In this document: positions 53,156 to 62,745 of the stretch, piece by piece
Position numbering within the stretch: the first letter of the stretch is position 1
Layout of the letters: the number at the start of each line of letters is the position of its first letter
Assembly: GCA_963600815.1 (NCBI GenBank)
Contig: CAVCCX010000001.1
Coordinates: 39,001-103,000 of the forward strand
Reading direction: 5' to 3'
Length of the DNA: 64,000 bases
Source of the DNA: Bacteroides uniformis
Lineage (GTDB): Bacteria > Bacillota_I > Bacilli_A > RFN20 > CAG-288
Made by a program: the position numbers and the translations under genes
Notes under the pieces: generated by a model
What the model saw: only the letters and a program-made list of their open reading frames with translations
Database searches by the model: none
What the model was told of the DNA's origin: nothing

Positions 53156-53731
53156 ATGAATCTTGCTATTTTTGCCAGCGGCAATGGAACAAACTTTCAG
53201 GCGATTGCCAATGCCATAAAAGAAGGAAAAATCCAGAATGCCAAAATCAAAATTCTCATTGTCGACCATGAAGATGCTTATGCCATCAAAAGAGCGGAAT
53301 CTCTCCACATTCCATACAAAGTCTTTCTTCTGAAAAACTATCCAGGCAAGAAGGAATATGAGGAGGATATCCTTTCGACATTGAAGGAAAATTCCATCGA
53401 CCTCATCTGTCTGGCCGGCTATATGAAGATCATCTCCGAGACCCTTCTTTCCGACTATGAAAACAAGATCATCAACATCCACCCTGCCCTTCTTCCATCC
53501 TTCAAGGGTGCCCATGGCATACAGGACGCCTTCGATTATGGATGCAAGGTCTTCGGCGTCACAATCCATTATGTCTCCAAAGAATTAGACGGTGGAAAGA
53601 TCATTGCCCAAAGAGCCTTCGAATATGACGGAGATGATGTCGAGGAACTCGAAAAGAAAATACACGAAGTCGAACATGTTCTCTATCCAGAGACCATCAA
53701 TCGTTTGATAAACAAGGAGGAAAAACGATGA
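53156..53731 (+). CDS. purN: Phosphoribosylglycinamide formyltransferase.
   Basis: MNLAIFASGNGTNFQAI...INIHPALLP..., start trimmed to the Met after the purM stop. Confidence 0.9.
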   Translation: MNLAIFASGNGTNFQAIANAIKEGKIQNAKIKILIVDHEDAYAIKRAESLHIPYKVFLLKNYPGKKEYEEDILSTLKENSIDLICLAGYMKIISETLLSDYENKIINIHPALLPSFKGAHGIQDAFDYGCKVFGVTIHYVSKELDGGKIIAQRAFEYDGDDVEELEKKIHEVEHVLYPETINRLINKEEKR

Positions 53732-55263
53732 AAAGAGCCCTGATCAGTGTCAGTGATAAGTCGGGTATCGTCGAATTCGCCAAGGAAATTTCTTCTCTTG
53801 GCTATGAAATCATTTCGACGGGAGGAACAAAGAAGATTCTCGATGAGAATGGCGTCAAGACCATCTCCGTCGAGGACGTCACCTCCTTCCCGGAGATTCT
53901 CGATGGACGAGTGAAGACATTGAACCCCTTCATCCATGGCGGTCTACTTGCCAGAAGAGATGTCAAGGAACATATGGAGACACTTGAGAAATTCAAGATC
54001 ACTCCGATCGACCTTGTCGTCGTCAACCTCTATCCATTCAAGAAAACCGTCGAAAAAGGAGCTTCCCTGGAAGAAGTGATTGAGAACATCGATATCGGCG
54101 GTCCATCCATGGTCCGCAGTGCAGCCAAGAACTATCAGTCCGTCACGATTTTAAGTGAGCCTAATGATTTCCCGGCTGTCCTAAAAGAACTCAAGGAAGA
54201 CGGAAATACCACCTTGAAGACAAGAGAATATCTTGCTGCCAAGGCATTCCGCATGACGGCAAACTATGATTCCATGATTTCCTCCTATCTTTCCAAATTG
54301 ACCGGAGAGGAATTCCCCGAGAAGCTCACCCTCACCTATGAAAAGAAACAGTCTTTGCGCTATGGTGAGAATCCGCATCAGAACGCCGCCCTCTATCAGG
54401 GACCCTATACCAGCTATTCCATCGTCCACGCCAAGCAGCATCAGGGAAAGGAACTTTCCTACAACAACATCCAGGATGCCAATGCCGCCTTGTCTTTGAT
54501 GATGGAATTCGAAAAACCGACGGCTGTCGCTCTCAAGCATATGAATCCCTGTGGTGTTGCCTCAGGAGAGAATATCGTCGATGCCTGGGAGAAAGCCTAT
54601 TCTTCCGATCCCGTCTCCATCTACGGTGGAATCGTCTGCTTCAATTGTCTCTTAGATGAAATGCTTGCTTCTTCCATCATGGAGAAGAAAGTCTTTCTGG
54701 AAATCATCATGGCTCCAGGATATACCAAGGAAGCCTTGGAGATTCTGAGCAAAAAGAAGAATTGCCGTATCATGGAAGTTGACATGTCCACTCCGTTCAA
54801 GGATAAAAAGATGGCTATCAGCGTCAGCGGCGGCCTTCTCTATCAGGACCTCGACATGGAATTGCTCCATATGGATGAACTGAAAGTCGTCACCAAGAAG
54901 GCTCCCACAAAAGAAGAGATGGAAGATCTTCTTTTTGCCATGAAGTGCGTCAAGCATGTCAAATCCAATGCTATCTTGGTCGCTTCCCATCAGACCACGT
55001 GCGGTGTCGGTGCCGGACAGATGAATCGAGTCGGTGCAGCCAAACTGGCTCTCGACTGGGCAAAAGAACATGGAAAGAATAGCCTCGTCTTAGCAAGCGA
55101 TGCCTTTTTCCCCTTTGATGATACAATCACGCTTGCCAGCCAATATGGTGTCACAAGCATCATCCAGCCAGGCGGTTCCATCCGCGATGAGGATTCCATC
55201 AAGAAGGCTGACGAACTTGGCATTTCCATGGTCTTCACCAACATGAGGCATTTCAAGCACTGA
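53728..55263 (+). CDS. purH: Bifunctional AICAR transformylase/IMP cyclohydrolase.
   Basis: MKRALISVSDKSGIVEFAK...GGT..., 511 aa, with a 4-nt overlap to purN. Confidence 0.95.
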   Translation: MKRALISVSDKSGIVEFAKEISSLGYEIISTGGTKKILDENGVKTISVEDVTSFPEILDGRVKTLNPFIHGGLLARRDVKEHMETLEKFKITPIDLVVVNLYPFKKTVEKGASLEEVIENIDIGGPSMVRSAAKNYQSVTILSEPNDFPAVLKELKEDGNTTLKTREYLAAKAFRMTANYDSMISSYLSKLTGEEFPEKLTLTYEKKQSLRYGENPHQNAALYQGPYTSYSIVHAKQHQGKELSYNNIQDANAALSLMMEFEKPTAVALKHMNPCGVASGENIVDAWEKAYSSDPVSIYGGIVCFNCLLDEMLASSIMEKKVFLEIIMAPGYTKEALEILSKKKNCRIMEVDMSTPFKDKKMAISVSGGLLYQDLDMELLHMDELKVVTKKAPTKEEMEDLLFAMKCVKHVKSNAILVASHQTTCGVGAGQMNRVGAAKLALDWAKEHGKNSLVLASDAFFPFDDTITLASQYGVTSIIQPGGSIRDEDSIKKADELGISMVFTNMRHFKH

Positions 55264-55265
55264 TT

Positions 55266-56528
55266 ATGAAAGTACTCGTCATTGGAAGTGGCGGAAGATG
55301 TCACGCCATCATCGATAAGATTTCCGAATCAAAGAAAGTCGATCAAATTTTTGTTGCCCCAGGAAACGACGGGATGTGTTCTCTTGCCACCCGCGTTCTC
55401 ATTCCCGTGGAAGATAAGGAAGCCCTCTTGAAATTTGCCTTGGAAGAAAAAATCGATCTGACCATCGTCGGACCGGAAGCCAGTCTTGCCACTGGCATCG
55501 TCGATCTGTTCACGGAGCACGGACTTGCCATTTTCGGACCGACAAAGAAAGCCAGCCAAATCGAGACCAGCAAGGAATTTGCCAAGAATCTGATGAAGAA
55601 ATACAAGATTCCGACTGCTGACTTCATGAGTTTTTCTTCCTATGGGAAGGCCTTAGCCTATATCCAGGAAAAGAAGACACCCATCGTCATCAAATATGAT
55701 GGACTCGCCGCCGGAAAAGGCGTTGTGGTCGCTATGGATATGTCTCAGGCTGAGAATGCCCTAAAAGAGATGCTTGTCGATGACAAGTTCGGAAAAGACA
55801 AGGTCGTCATCGAGGAATATCTAGAGGGTGTGGAATTCTCCTTCCTCTGTTTTGTCGATGGAGAGAACGTCTATCCTCTTGAACTCTCTCAGGACCATAA
55901 AAGAGCCTTCGATCATGACAAGGGAGAGAACACCGGTGGAATGGGTGCCTATTCCCCGCTTCCGTTCCTGACGGAAGAAGATAAGAAGGAAGCCTTGGAA
56001 AAAATCATGATTCCAACGGCCAAAGCCATGAAGAAGGAAGGTGTTCCTTTCCAGGGCGTCTTATACGGTGGATTGATGAAAACCAAAGATGGCATCAAAG
56101 TCATCGAATTCAACGCCCGCTTTGGTGATCCGGAGACCGAGGTTGTTCTTCCTCGACTCAAAAGCGACCTCTATGAAGCCTTCCTTGCCATCGTGAATCA
56201 TGAAAAGCCGATTCTTGAATGGGACGAGGAATATCATCTTGGCATCGTCATGGCGAGTCGTGGCTATCCAGGACATTATGAGAAAGGCCATCTGATCACA
56301 GGTCTTGAAAATGTCGAAGGAAAGATATACTTTATGGGAGTCAAGAAAATCTCAGGTCAGTATTACACCGATGGAGGAAGAGTCCTCATCCTTGTCGAAA
56401 AAGGAAAGACACTCAAGGAAGCCCAAAAGAAAGCCTTGGCTGAAATCGAAAAGATCCATTGCGACAACCTCTTCTATCGAAGAGATATCGGTCATTACGC
56501 CTTGGAGAACGGAGAAAAACATGATTGA
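55266..56528 (+). CDS. purD: Phosphoribosylamine-glycine ligase.
   Basis: MKVLVIGSGGRCHAI..., ATP-grasp, 420 aa. Confidence 0.95.
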   Translation: MKVLVIGSGGRCHAIIDKISESKKVDQIFVAPGNDGMCSLATRVLIPVEDKEALLKFALEEKIDLTIVGPEASLATGIVDLFTEHGLAIFGPTKKASQIETSKEFAKNLMKKYKIPTADFMSFSSYGKALAYIQEKKTPIVIKYDGLAAGKGVVVAMDMSQAENALKEMLVDDKFGKDKVVIEEYLEGVEFSFLCFVDGENVYPLELSQDHKRAFDHDKGENTGGMGAYSPLPFLTEEDKKEALEKIMIPTAKAMKKEGVPFQGVLYGGLMKTKDGIKVIEFNARFGDPETEVVLPRLKSDLYEAFLAIVNHEKPILEWDEEYHLGIVMASRGYPGHYEKGHLITGLENVEGKIYFMGVKKISGQYYTDGGRVLILVEKGKTLKEAQKKALAEIEKIHCDNLFYRRDIGHYALENGEKHD

Positions 56529-57813
56529 ACGTTATTCTAGAAAATGCATGCGTGACATCTGGACGGAAGAAAACAAATTCCAGGCCTATCTGAAAGTCGA
56601 ACTTCTCAATGCGAAAGCCTGGTCCAAGCTCGGCGTCGTCCCTGAAGAAGATCTTCCCAAGCTGGAAAAGGCAACGTTCACCCTTGAGAGAATCAAGGAA
56701 ATCGAAGCCGTGACCAAGCATGATGTCGTCGCCTTCACCCGTGCTGTGGGTGAATCCCTCGGTGAAGAAAAGAAGTGGATCCATTATGGTCTTACTTCGA
56801 CGGATGTCGTCGATACCGCCAATGGCTATCTTCTCAAATGTGCGGATGAAATCCTTCTCAAGGATATCGACGATCTTCTTTTGGTCATCAAAAAGAGAGC
56901 CATCGAATTCGAAAACACACCCTGCATCGGAAGAACGCACGGCATGCATGCCGATATCACTTCCTTTGGTCTGAAATGGGCTTTGTGGTATTCCGACTTG
57001 AAAAGAATCAGAGAGGAATTCGTCCTTGCCTGCAAGAACATCGAAGTCGGAAAACTCTCCGGTGCGGTCGGCAACTTTGCCAACATCCCTCCGCAGATTG
57101 AAGAATCTGTCTGTGAGGACTTAGGCATCTCCTATGCCAACATTTCCACCCAGGTCATCCAGAGAGACCGCCATGCTGCCTATATGTCTTCCCTTGCCTT
57201 GATTGCAAGCGAACTCGAGAAGATGGCATTGGAAGTCCGTCATCTTGCCCGTCAGGAAGTCAAGGAAGCCGAAGAAGCCTTCAGCAAAGGCCAGAAAGGT
57301 TCCTCGGCGATGCCGCACAAGAGAAATCCGATTTCCAGCGAGAATATCTGTGGCTGTGCAAGAGTGATGCGTGGCTATATGCTCACCTCCTATGAGAATA
57401 TCGCCCTCTGGCATGAAAGAGATATCTCCCACTCCTCAACGGAAAGAATCATCCTTCCCGATGCAACAGAGCTCTTGGACTACATGCTTGTCCGCTTCAG
57501 AGGAATCTTGGAGCATCTTGTCGTCTATCCTGAGAAGATGCTTGAGGATATCTATCTTACAAAAGGTGTCATTTTTGCTCAGAGAGTCCTTTATGCCCTC
57601 ATGCAGAAAGGATTGGTCAGGGAAGAAGCCTATGATACGATTCAGCCACTGGCAATGAAAGCCTTGGATGAAAAAAGAAACTATCAGGAAATCCTGAAGC
57701 AGGATAAAAAAGTCTCCTCGCTTCTCACTGAAAAGGAAATCGACGACTGCTTCACGCTCGACTACTACATGAAGAATGTCGACTATATCTATAAGAGAGT
57801 CGGAATCCGATAA
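56521..57813 (+). CDS. purB: Adenylosuccinate lyase.
   Basis: MIERYSRKCMRDIWTEENKFQAYL... The start is trimmed to the Met that overlaps the purD stop by 8 nt. The ORF-track start at 56305 is inside purD. Confidence 0.93.
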   Translation: MIERYSRKCMRDIWTEENKFQAYLKVELLNAKAWSKLGVVPEEDLPKLEKATFTLERIKEIEAVTKHDVVAFTRAVGESLGEEKKWIHYGLTSTDVVDTANGYLLKCADEILLKDIDDLLLVIKKRAIEFENTPCIGRTHGMHADITSFGLKWALWYSDLKRIREEFVLACKNIEVGKLSGAVGNFANIPPQIEESVCEDLGISYANISTQVIQRDRHAAYMSSLALIASELEKMALEVRHLARQEVKEAEEAFSKGQKGSSAMPHKRNPISSENICGCARVMRGYMLTSYENIALWHERDISHSSTERIILPDATELLDYMLVRFRGILEHLVVYPEKMLEDIYLTKGVIFAQRVLYALMQKGLVREEAYDTIQPLAMKALDEKRNYQEILKQDKKVSSLLTEKEIDDCFTLDYYMKNVDYIYKRVGIR

Positions 57814-57821
57814 GAGAAAAC

Positions 57822-57848
57822 GGGCTTTGCAATAAGGCCCGTTTTTTT
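57822..57848 (+). terminator. Rho-independent terminator ending the pur operon.
   Basis: AACGGGCtttgcaataagGCCCGTTTTTTTG immediately after the purB stop. Confidence 0.7.
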
Positions 57849-57878
57849 GTGGTTCGAATCAGAGCATTCCATTCAATC

Positions 57879-59534
57879 CTATTTCTCTTTCGGCATTTCC
57901 TTTGACCATGTGAACCCGAACAAGGCTTTCTCATCATTTCCAAGTTTGACGACCTCATGTTCCTTTATGATCTGCTGAATCTCTGTGCTGAATACATTGA
58001 TTCGGTCGATGGCAATGAAAATCTGCTTTTCGGATTTACTGTAGAGCCTAAACAGTCCTTCCACTGGTTCATCCCATATGTTCTTGAAAAGCATGGAATC
58101 GTTGATGATGAAGGGAAGAGAGGTCAGTTTTAGAATGGCAAGGTCAAACAGGATGAGGCTTTTATATTCCGTTCCTGTCCCTTTGTCTTTTGGAGTCTTA
58201 TAGGTATAGTTAGTAAAATCCGGAATGGAGATTGTCGGAGGAATTCTCTTCTCAAGATAGATGCTGTCATTCAGTTCTTCCAGTTTGGAATTGATTGCCT
58301 TTTCCATCTCAGATAAGACATATCCGAAGTCATCATTCATTTGTTTGCTGATGTCTCCAACTTTTCTCTTGATGGATTTTGTCTTCTCGTATATGGCAAT
58401 CTGGTTTTCGAGATTCTTTATTTCGCTTCTCTTGCAATAGACTGCATCCATGAACGTCTTTGGAATCCTTGGAGAGATATTATTTTCCAATAGAGTGCGA
58501 TTGATTTCATCGATTCTCTTTTGGATTTTATCGATCTTATCAGACAGTTCCTTTTTCTCGTTCTCGACTTCCTGGTTGACGTTTTTGCTCAATTGTTTTT
58601 GGAATTCGTTGATTTCCATGATGGACTTCAAATCGATTTCAGGAAAGAAGGTCGAGATTTTTTCTCTATCCGTTTCATCCATCAGCAGGGAATCTCCGGT
58701 CATATCCTGCAATGTCTTCAGCCGTATGGATAAAGATTTTCTTTCCCTGAAAAGACAGATCTGTTCTGATTTGAGATCGATATCCTTTTGTGAAAGGCTT
58801 TCGTCGATAGCGATGGAAGCCTGGTTTTGGTTCTTTATCAGAGAGTCGAGTTCATCCTTCAGCCTCTGTATTTCCTGCTTTGCGGATTCCATAGCAGACT
58901 CATTTTTTATCGGTGAATAGACAATGTTGTATTTCTGTGCCGCATCCATGGCCTTCTTTGCGTTCTTTGCTTCGGTGACTTTCTTGAAATCATCGTCAAC
59001 AATGCCAGTTTTTCCAAAGAGGTCGACCAGAACCCTGATTCCATTTTCAGCGCTCGAATCATTCTCGTATGTCTTCAATGGCTTTTTGACATCATAGTTG
59101 TTTTTTCCATATACCCTTGAAAATCCTTCAACCAACGCACGGAATGATTTCATGGCTGAAGATCCGAAATATCTCTCTTTGAGAAAATCATGCAAGCCAC
59201 TTATCGGCTTTTTTTCACCGATTGAACTGTAGGAAGCATCACATTCGAAATAATGGCTTGCATCAGCCGTGTCTCTGCGGAAATGATATTCGACCGCATC
59301 GAATTCAAATGTGAAATAGATGGTATGGTCACCGACATTTTCCCTCACGTCGGAATCACTAGCACCATAGGTTTTTCCACCAAAGCAAAAATCGACAATC
59401 ATCAATAGGCTTGATTTTCCAATCGAGTTCAGGGCGTCATCAGCACCCACAACACAGTTCAAACCGGAAGTGAAATGAATCGTCTTGTTTGGAATATTGT
59501 CAGAGAATCTGTCGCATCTTATTTCCTTCAGCAT
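57879..59534 (-). CDS. SMC-like coiled-coil ABC ATPase, LmuB-like (Lamassu/ABC-3C-type), third gene of the cassette.
   Basis: 551 aa. The N-terminal MLKEIRCDRFSDNIPNKTIHFTSGLNCVVGADDALNSIGKSSLL has a RecF/SbcC-like strand-plus-Walker-A layout with an extended P-loop ending GKS. The central 300 aa or so is Lys/Glu-rich coiled coil. The C-terminus carries Walker-B-like PFIINDS and QIFIAIDR. Confidence 0.6.
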   Translation of the reverse strand: MLKEIRCDRFSDNIPNKTIHFTSGLNCVVGADDALNSIGKSSLLMIVDFCFGGKTYGASDSDVRENVGDHTIYFTFEFDAVEYHFRRDTADASHYFECDASYSSIGEKKPISGLHDFLKERYFGSSAMKSFRALVEGFSRVYGKNNYDVKKPLKTYENDSSAENGIRVLVDLFGKTGIVDDDFKKVTEAKNAKKAMDAAQKYNIVYSPIKNESAMESAKQEIQRLKDELDSLIKNQNQASIAIDESLSQKDIDLKSEQICLFRERKSLSIRLKTLQDMTGDSLLMDETDREKISTFFPEIDLKSIMEINEFQKQLSKNVNQEVENEKKELSDKIDKIQKRIDEINRTLLENNISPRIPKTFMDAVYCKRSEIKNLENQIAIYEKTKSIKRKVGDISKQMNDDFGYVLSEMEKAINSKLEELNDSIYLEKRIPPTISIPDFTNYTYKTPKDKGTGTEYKSLILFDLAILKLTSLPFIINDSMLFKNIWDEPVEGLFRLYSKSEKQIFIAIDRINVFSTEIQQIIKEHEVVKLGNDEKALFGFTWSKEMPKEK

Positions 59535-59743
59535 TTTCTTATCCTCCCATCATCGACAAAATCAATCTTTCGGATGGCAAACAGGACGCTCATGCCATCA
59601 GAGAATTCCTTGGCATTCATTTTCGAGGAGACTTTCATGTAGATTTCCGTGATAAGCATATCCTTATCGATGGCGTTCAAAATCTCTGCCATCTGATAGA
59701 TGATTGTCGTCTTGTATCGGTTTACCTTATTCGGAAATTTCAT
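59528..59743 (-). CDS. Small middle-component protein of the three-gene cassette (LmuC/ABC-3C MC-like). The start is uncertain; the ORF extends to 59833.
   Basis: About 71-101 aa. It overlaps the upstream effector stop by 17 nt and the downstream ATPase start by 7 nt. No motifs. Confidence 0.45.
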   Translation of the reverse strand: MKFPNKVNRYKTTIIYQMAEILNAIDKDMLITEIYMKVSSKMNAKEFSDGMSVLFAIRKIDFVDDGRIRKC

Positions 59744-60839
59744 GGAACACCTCACAGCTTTGGATGAAATAGGAAACGATGATTTCAGCGATTGATTTCT
59801 CACAGCAGGCTGCATTTGCAACTTGGTCGACAAGACAATTGAAGACAGCTTCTTTATTATCGGATGATTGCTCTGCCTTTATGCAGGCTATCTTGATTGA
59901 TGCAGAAAGAAGTTCGTAGGAACGCTGTTCTTCTCCATCCAATTTGCCGAACATATCAAAAAGCGTCGAGAAATAAGAGGTGACATTCATCCTGACCTTG
60001 GCATAAAGGGCAAAGTCTGCTTTCTTATCGATCTTTTGATCGATTCTCAGACTCTTCATACTCAGCTTCACTTTGGTGACATTCTCGCATCTCAGAAGAT
60101 TATCGATCGCGTTCATCAGCTTTTCGTTCATTTCGATAGACCCAATCTGCTTTCTAAGTGAATTCTTTTCCTCTAGGGAAGCTTTTATCTTGAGAATGTC
60201 TTTTCCTAGTTGCCTATTTCGAAGCTTTTCGGCGCATTTCCGACAAAGCCCGATTGTTTTCGATTGTTCTTTCGGCGATGTGCCATCCAACGCAATTGCG
60301 ACAATTGCGTTCTCTTTGGACGAATCCAGATCGAGATGACATCCACAGCCCGGACAGATTCCTTCATCTTCCTGAAACAATTCAGAGCGAAGAGTCGCTG
60401 TTCCTTCAAGTTGAGCACTTCGAAACAGCGATGAATTATCCAATAAGATCGTTCGAAGCTGGTCAGAGACCTTCCTTGCAAAGTTGGTTTCATCAACACT
60501 CTCATCATGAAAATGAAACGTCTCGACAAAATCATCGACAGCATAGCCTTTGATTTCGTCATTCAATATTTCAGTCAGATTTGTCGTATCCAAAAATGGG
60601 TATATCTTTTGCGCTATCTTGGAAATCGAGCTTCTGCCTTCGCAAAGATTCCTCTTTTGCTTTTTCGTCATTTGAGCGATTTCTTCCTTCAGTCCTTCAT
60701 TTTCTGATCTTATTGAAGCCAATATGAGCAAATCGAAAAGCTCGGCCATGCTCTTGCATCGGCCCTTTAGAAAGGGATAGAGCAGCGTACACAAATCCGA
60801 AAATGTCATGATTCGAAATTTCCCCCGATTTCTCTCCAT
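59727..60839 (-). CDS. Putative effector of the cassette (LmuA-like position) with an HNH-like/zinc-ribbon motif.
   Basis: 370 aa. A central ICPGCGCHLDLD...(30 aa)...GLCRKCAEK has the paired CxxC spacing of an HNH or treble-clef nuclease. GAGGG RBS upstream. It is the first gene of the translationally coupled trio. Confidence 0.5.
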   Translation of the reverse strand: MERNRGKFRIMTFSDLCTLLYPFLKGRCKSMAELFDLLILASIRSENEGLKEEIAQMTKKQKRNLCEGRSSISKIAQKIYPFLDTTNLTEILNDEIKGYAVDDFVETFHFHDESVDETNFARKVSDQLRTILLDNSSLFRSAQLEGTATLRSELFQEDEGICPGCGCHLDLDSSKENAIVAIALDGTSPKEQSKTIGLCRKCAEKLRNRQLGKDILKIKASLEEKNSLRKQIGSIEMNEKLMNAIDNLLRCENVTKVKLSMKSLRIDQKIDKKADFALYAKVRMNVTSYFSTLFDMFGKLDGEEQRSYELLSASIKIACIKAEQSSDNKEAVFNCLVDQVANAACCEKSIAEIIVSYFIQSCEVFHEISE

Positions 60840-60966
60840 TTCCCTCGTTTCCCTAAGTGAAAAAACTGATTTTGTATTCTATTCGCGCTTCAGGAAAGTC
60901 TCTGGGTCCGGTAACAATATTGTACCAAAGATTTTCTAAATGCCAATTACATTAGGAGGTTTTTCA

Positions 60967-61635
60967 ATGAGAAAAACAATTTTTGACGACGGCTTCCAAG
61001 ACTACTTGGTCGAACAGGCTGATTTTGAAGGAAATGATGGCATTCCAATGCTGCTTGATTGCGACAATGCTGAGATTCCATCGAGACTTGTTCCTTTCAA
61101 CAAGGCGAGAACGGATTCCCTGAAAACTGGATACGTCCATTTCTACATTCATGATCGCCAATATGGCGAGATTCTGACGAATACCAAAAGGTATGTGCCG
61201 TTGCTGCGACAGTTCGATGGCGTGATAACGCCTGATCCGACGATTATCATCGGAAAGTCGAGATGTCTCCATACCATCAGCACCTATATGAACAGAGCCA
61301 TCGGATTCTATTTGCAGACCCAAGGCATCCCCATCATCCCAAACATACGATGGGGTGACCCATCGACATATGATTTCTGTTTTCTAGGAGTTCCAAAGAA
61401 TTCCCTTGTCAGTATCAGCACGCATGGCGCGATCAAAAAAGACAAATCGAATGGAAATCTTTTGAGAACATACTTCCGGATGGGTTTGAAGGAAATGCTT
61501 CTGCGCATAAAGCCATCGGATGTCATCGTCCATGGCTTCATGCCTGAGGACATATTCGGTGATTTTATGGAACAAACAAGATTCCATCGGTATCCATCTG
61601 AATTCGAACAGACTCATAAGAAAGGAGGTGAATAA
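60967..61635 (+). CDS. Hypothetical protein, DUF4417-like.
   Basis: AGGAGG RBS 7 nt before the ATG. The VHFYIHDRQY...NRAIGFYLQTQGIPIIPNIRWGDPSTYDFCFLGVPKNSLVSISTHG region resembles the DUF4417 family. Divergent from the Lamassu-like cassette. Confidence 0.45.
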   Translation: MRKTIFDDGFQDYLVEQADFEGNDGIPMLLDCDNAEIPSRLVPFNKARTDSLKTGYVHFYIHDRQYGEILTNTKRYVPLLRQFDGVITPDPTIIIGKSRCLHTISTYMNRAIGFYLQTQGIPIIPNIRWGDPSTYDFCFLGVPKNSLVSISTHGAIKKDKSNGNLLRTYFRMGLKEMLLRIKPSDVIVHGFMPEDIFGDFMEQTRFHRYPSEFEQTHKKGGE

Positions 61636-61637
61636 AG

Positions 61638-62006
61638 ATGGGCGTCACAATCAGAAGAAATTCCAAGCCGGTAAAAGCAAATCCCTTTTATCATTTCGAT
61701 ACAGAAAGCGGTTATTTCGGGATCCATAAACCATCGAACAAGGAAACCACAAGGACGATTTATACCAAAGGCGATCCAGAAGAAGAAGCAAGAAAGCTGT
61801 TCGAGCAGTTTACTTCCGGTGGTAAAATAGAAGTATTAGTCGAAGGCCACATGTGGGGCTGTTCTTTGGATGATGGCACATATGTCACGCTTAGAATTAA
61901 TCATCCACCAGGACATGCTCCAGCAGTCGAACTTTCGGTGAGACAATCGAAAGACCCTGCCGGAATTGTCGGACAAAAAATACATTTTGAAAAGGAGCAC
62001 AAATAA
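61638..62006 (+). CDS. Hypothetical protein.
   Basis: 122 aa. It starts 3 nt after the upstream stop. No motifs. Confidence 0.4.
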   Translation: MGVTIRRNSKPVKANPFYHFDTESGYFGIHKPSNKETTRTIYTKGDPEEEARKLFEQFTSGGKIEVLVEGHMWGCSLDDGTYVTLRINHPPGHAPAVELSVRQSKDPAGIVGQKIHFEKEHK

Positions 62007-62008
62007 TC

Positions 62009-62656
62009 ATGAAAATATTAGACAATTCAATAAATGGCGAAGGCCTTGAGCATCTAAAGTCAATAATCGGGAACAAAATCATTTCGTTTTCTCATAGGGC
62101 GCTTGATATGAGATTCCCAAATTCGAATGTTTTCTTCATGCGCTTAGGACTTATTTGCTCGAATGGAGTCTTTATCCTCGATAACCGAGTCGACTGGGAG
62201 GATGATTGGTTCTGCTCCCCTGACTACACGCCTCATTTTGTTTTCAACAAAATTGAAAATGAAAAGCAGTTTCCCAATTATGATGGATTCAATCTTGAAG
62301 GAATGGCAAAGTTCCCTGTCAATGAGACTGTCATTGATATCCTAATGGTTCATGATGAGGTTTTAGTTCTTAAATCCGATGAACCCTATGAAGAAATCCT
62401 AAGCACGGAAGGCGTTGTTTTCGTGACTGATAAAAGACAATATGCCTTCTATAAGGAAACCACATGGCTAAATGAAATCACTCTTGAATACAAAGGGCAT
62501 GATGTGCTTTCGAAGCTCGAGGAAATTAAGAAGCATTGGAATGTGTTTGCAAAACCATATGATGGGAAAATCAAAAGAAAACTTATTCATCTTGCTTCAG
62601 GCAAAGAAGAAGTCATCGAAGAAGATACGATCATCGGCGACGTTTACGATGACTGA
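62009..62656 (+). CDS. Hypothetical protein.
   Basis: 215 aa. It starts 3 nt after the upstream stop and is followed by a terminator. Confidence 0.4.
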   Translation: MKILDNSINGEGLEHLKSIIGNKIISFSHRALDMRFPNSNVFFMRLGLICSNGVFILDNRVDWEDDWFCSPDYTPHFVFNKIENEKQFPNYDGFNLEGMAKFPVNETVIDILMVHDEVLVLKSDEPYEEILSTEGVVFVTDKRQYAFYKETTWLNEITLEYKGHDVLSKLEEIKKHWNVFAKPYDGKIKRKLIHLASGKEEVIEEDTIIGDVYDD

Positions 62657-62707
62657 ATGTACATTCTGACTTTCTATGAAATCAGAAACATCGGCTTATA
62701 CGAGAGG

Positions 62708-62745
62708 GAGAGGTCAGCCCACAAGGCTGGCCTCTCATTTTGTTC
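62708..62745 (+). terminator. Rho-independent terminator after the three-gene plus-strand block.
   Basis: GAGAGGTCAGCCcacaaGGCTGGCCTCTC followed by ATTTTGTT. Confidence 0.55.
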
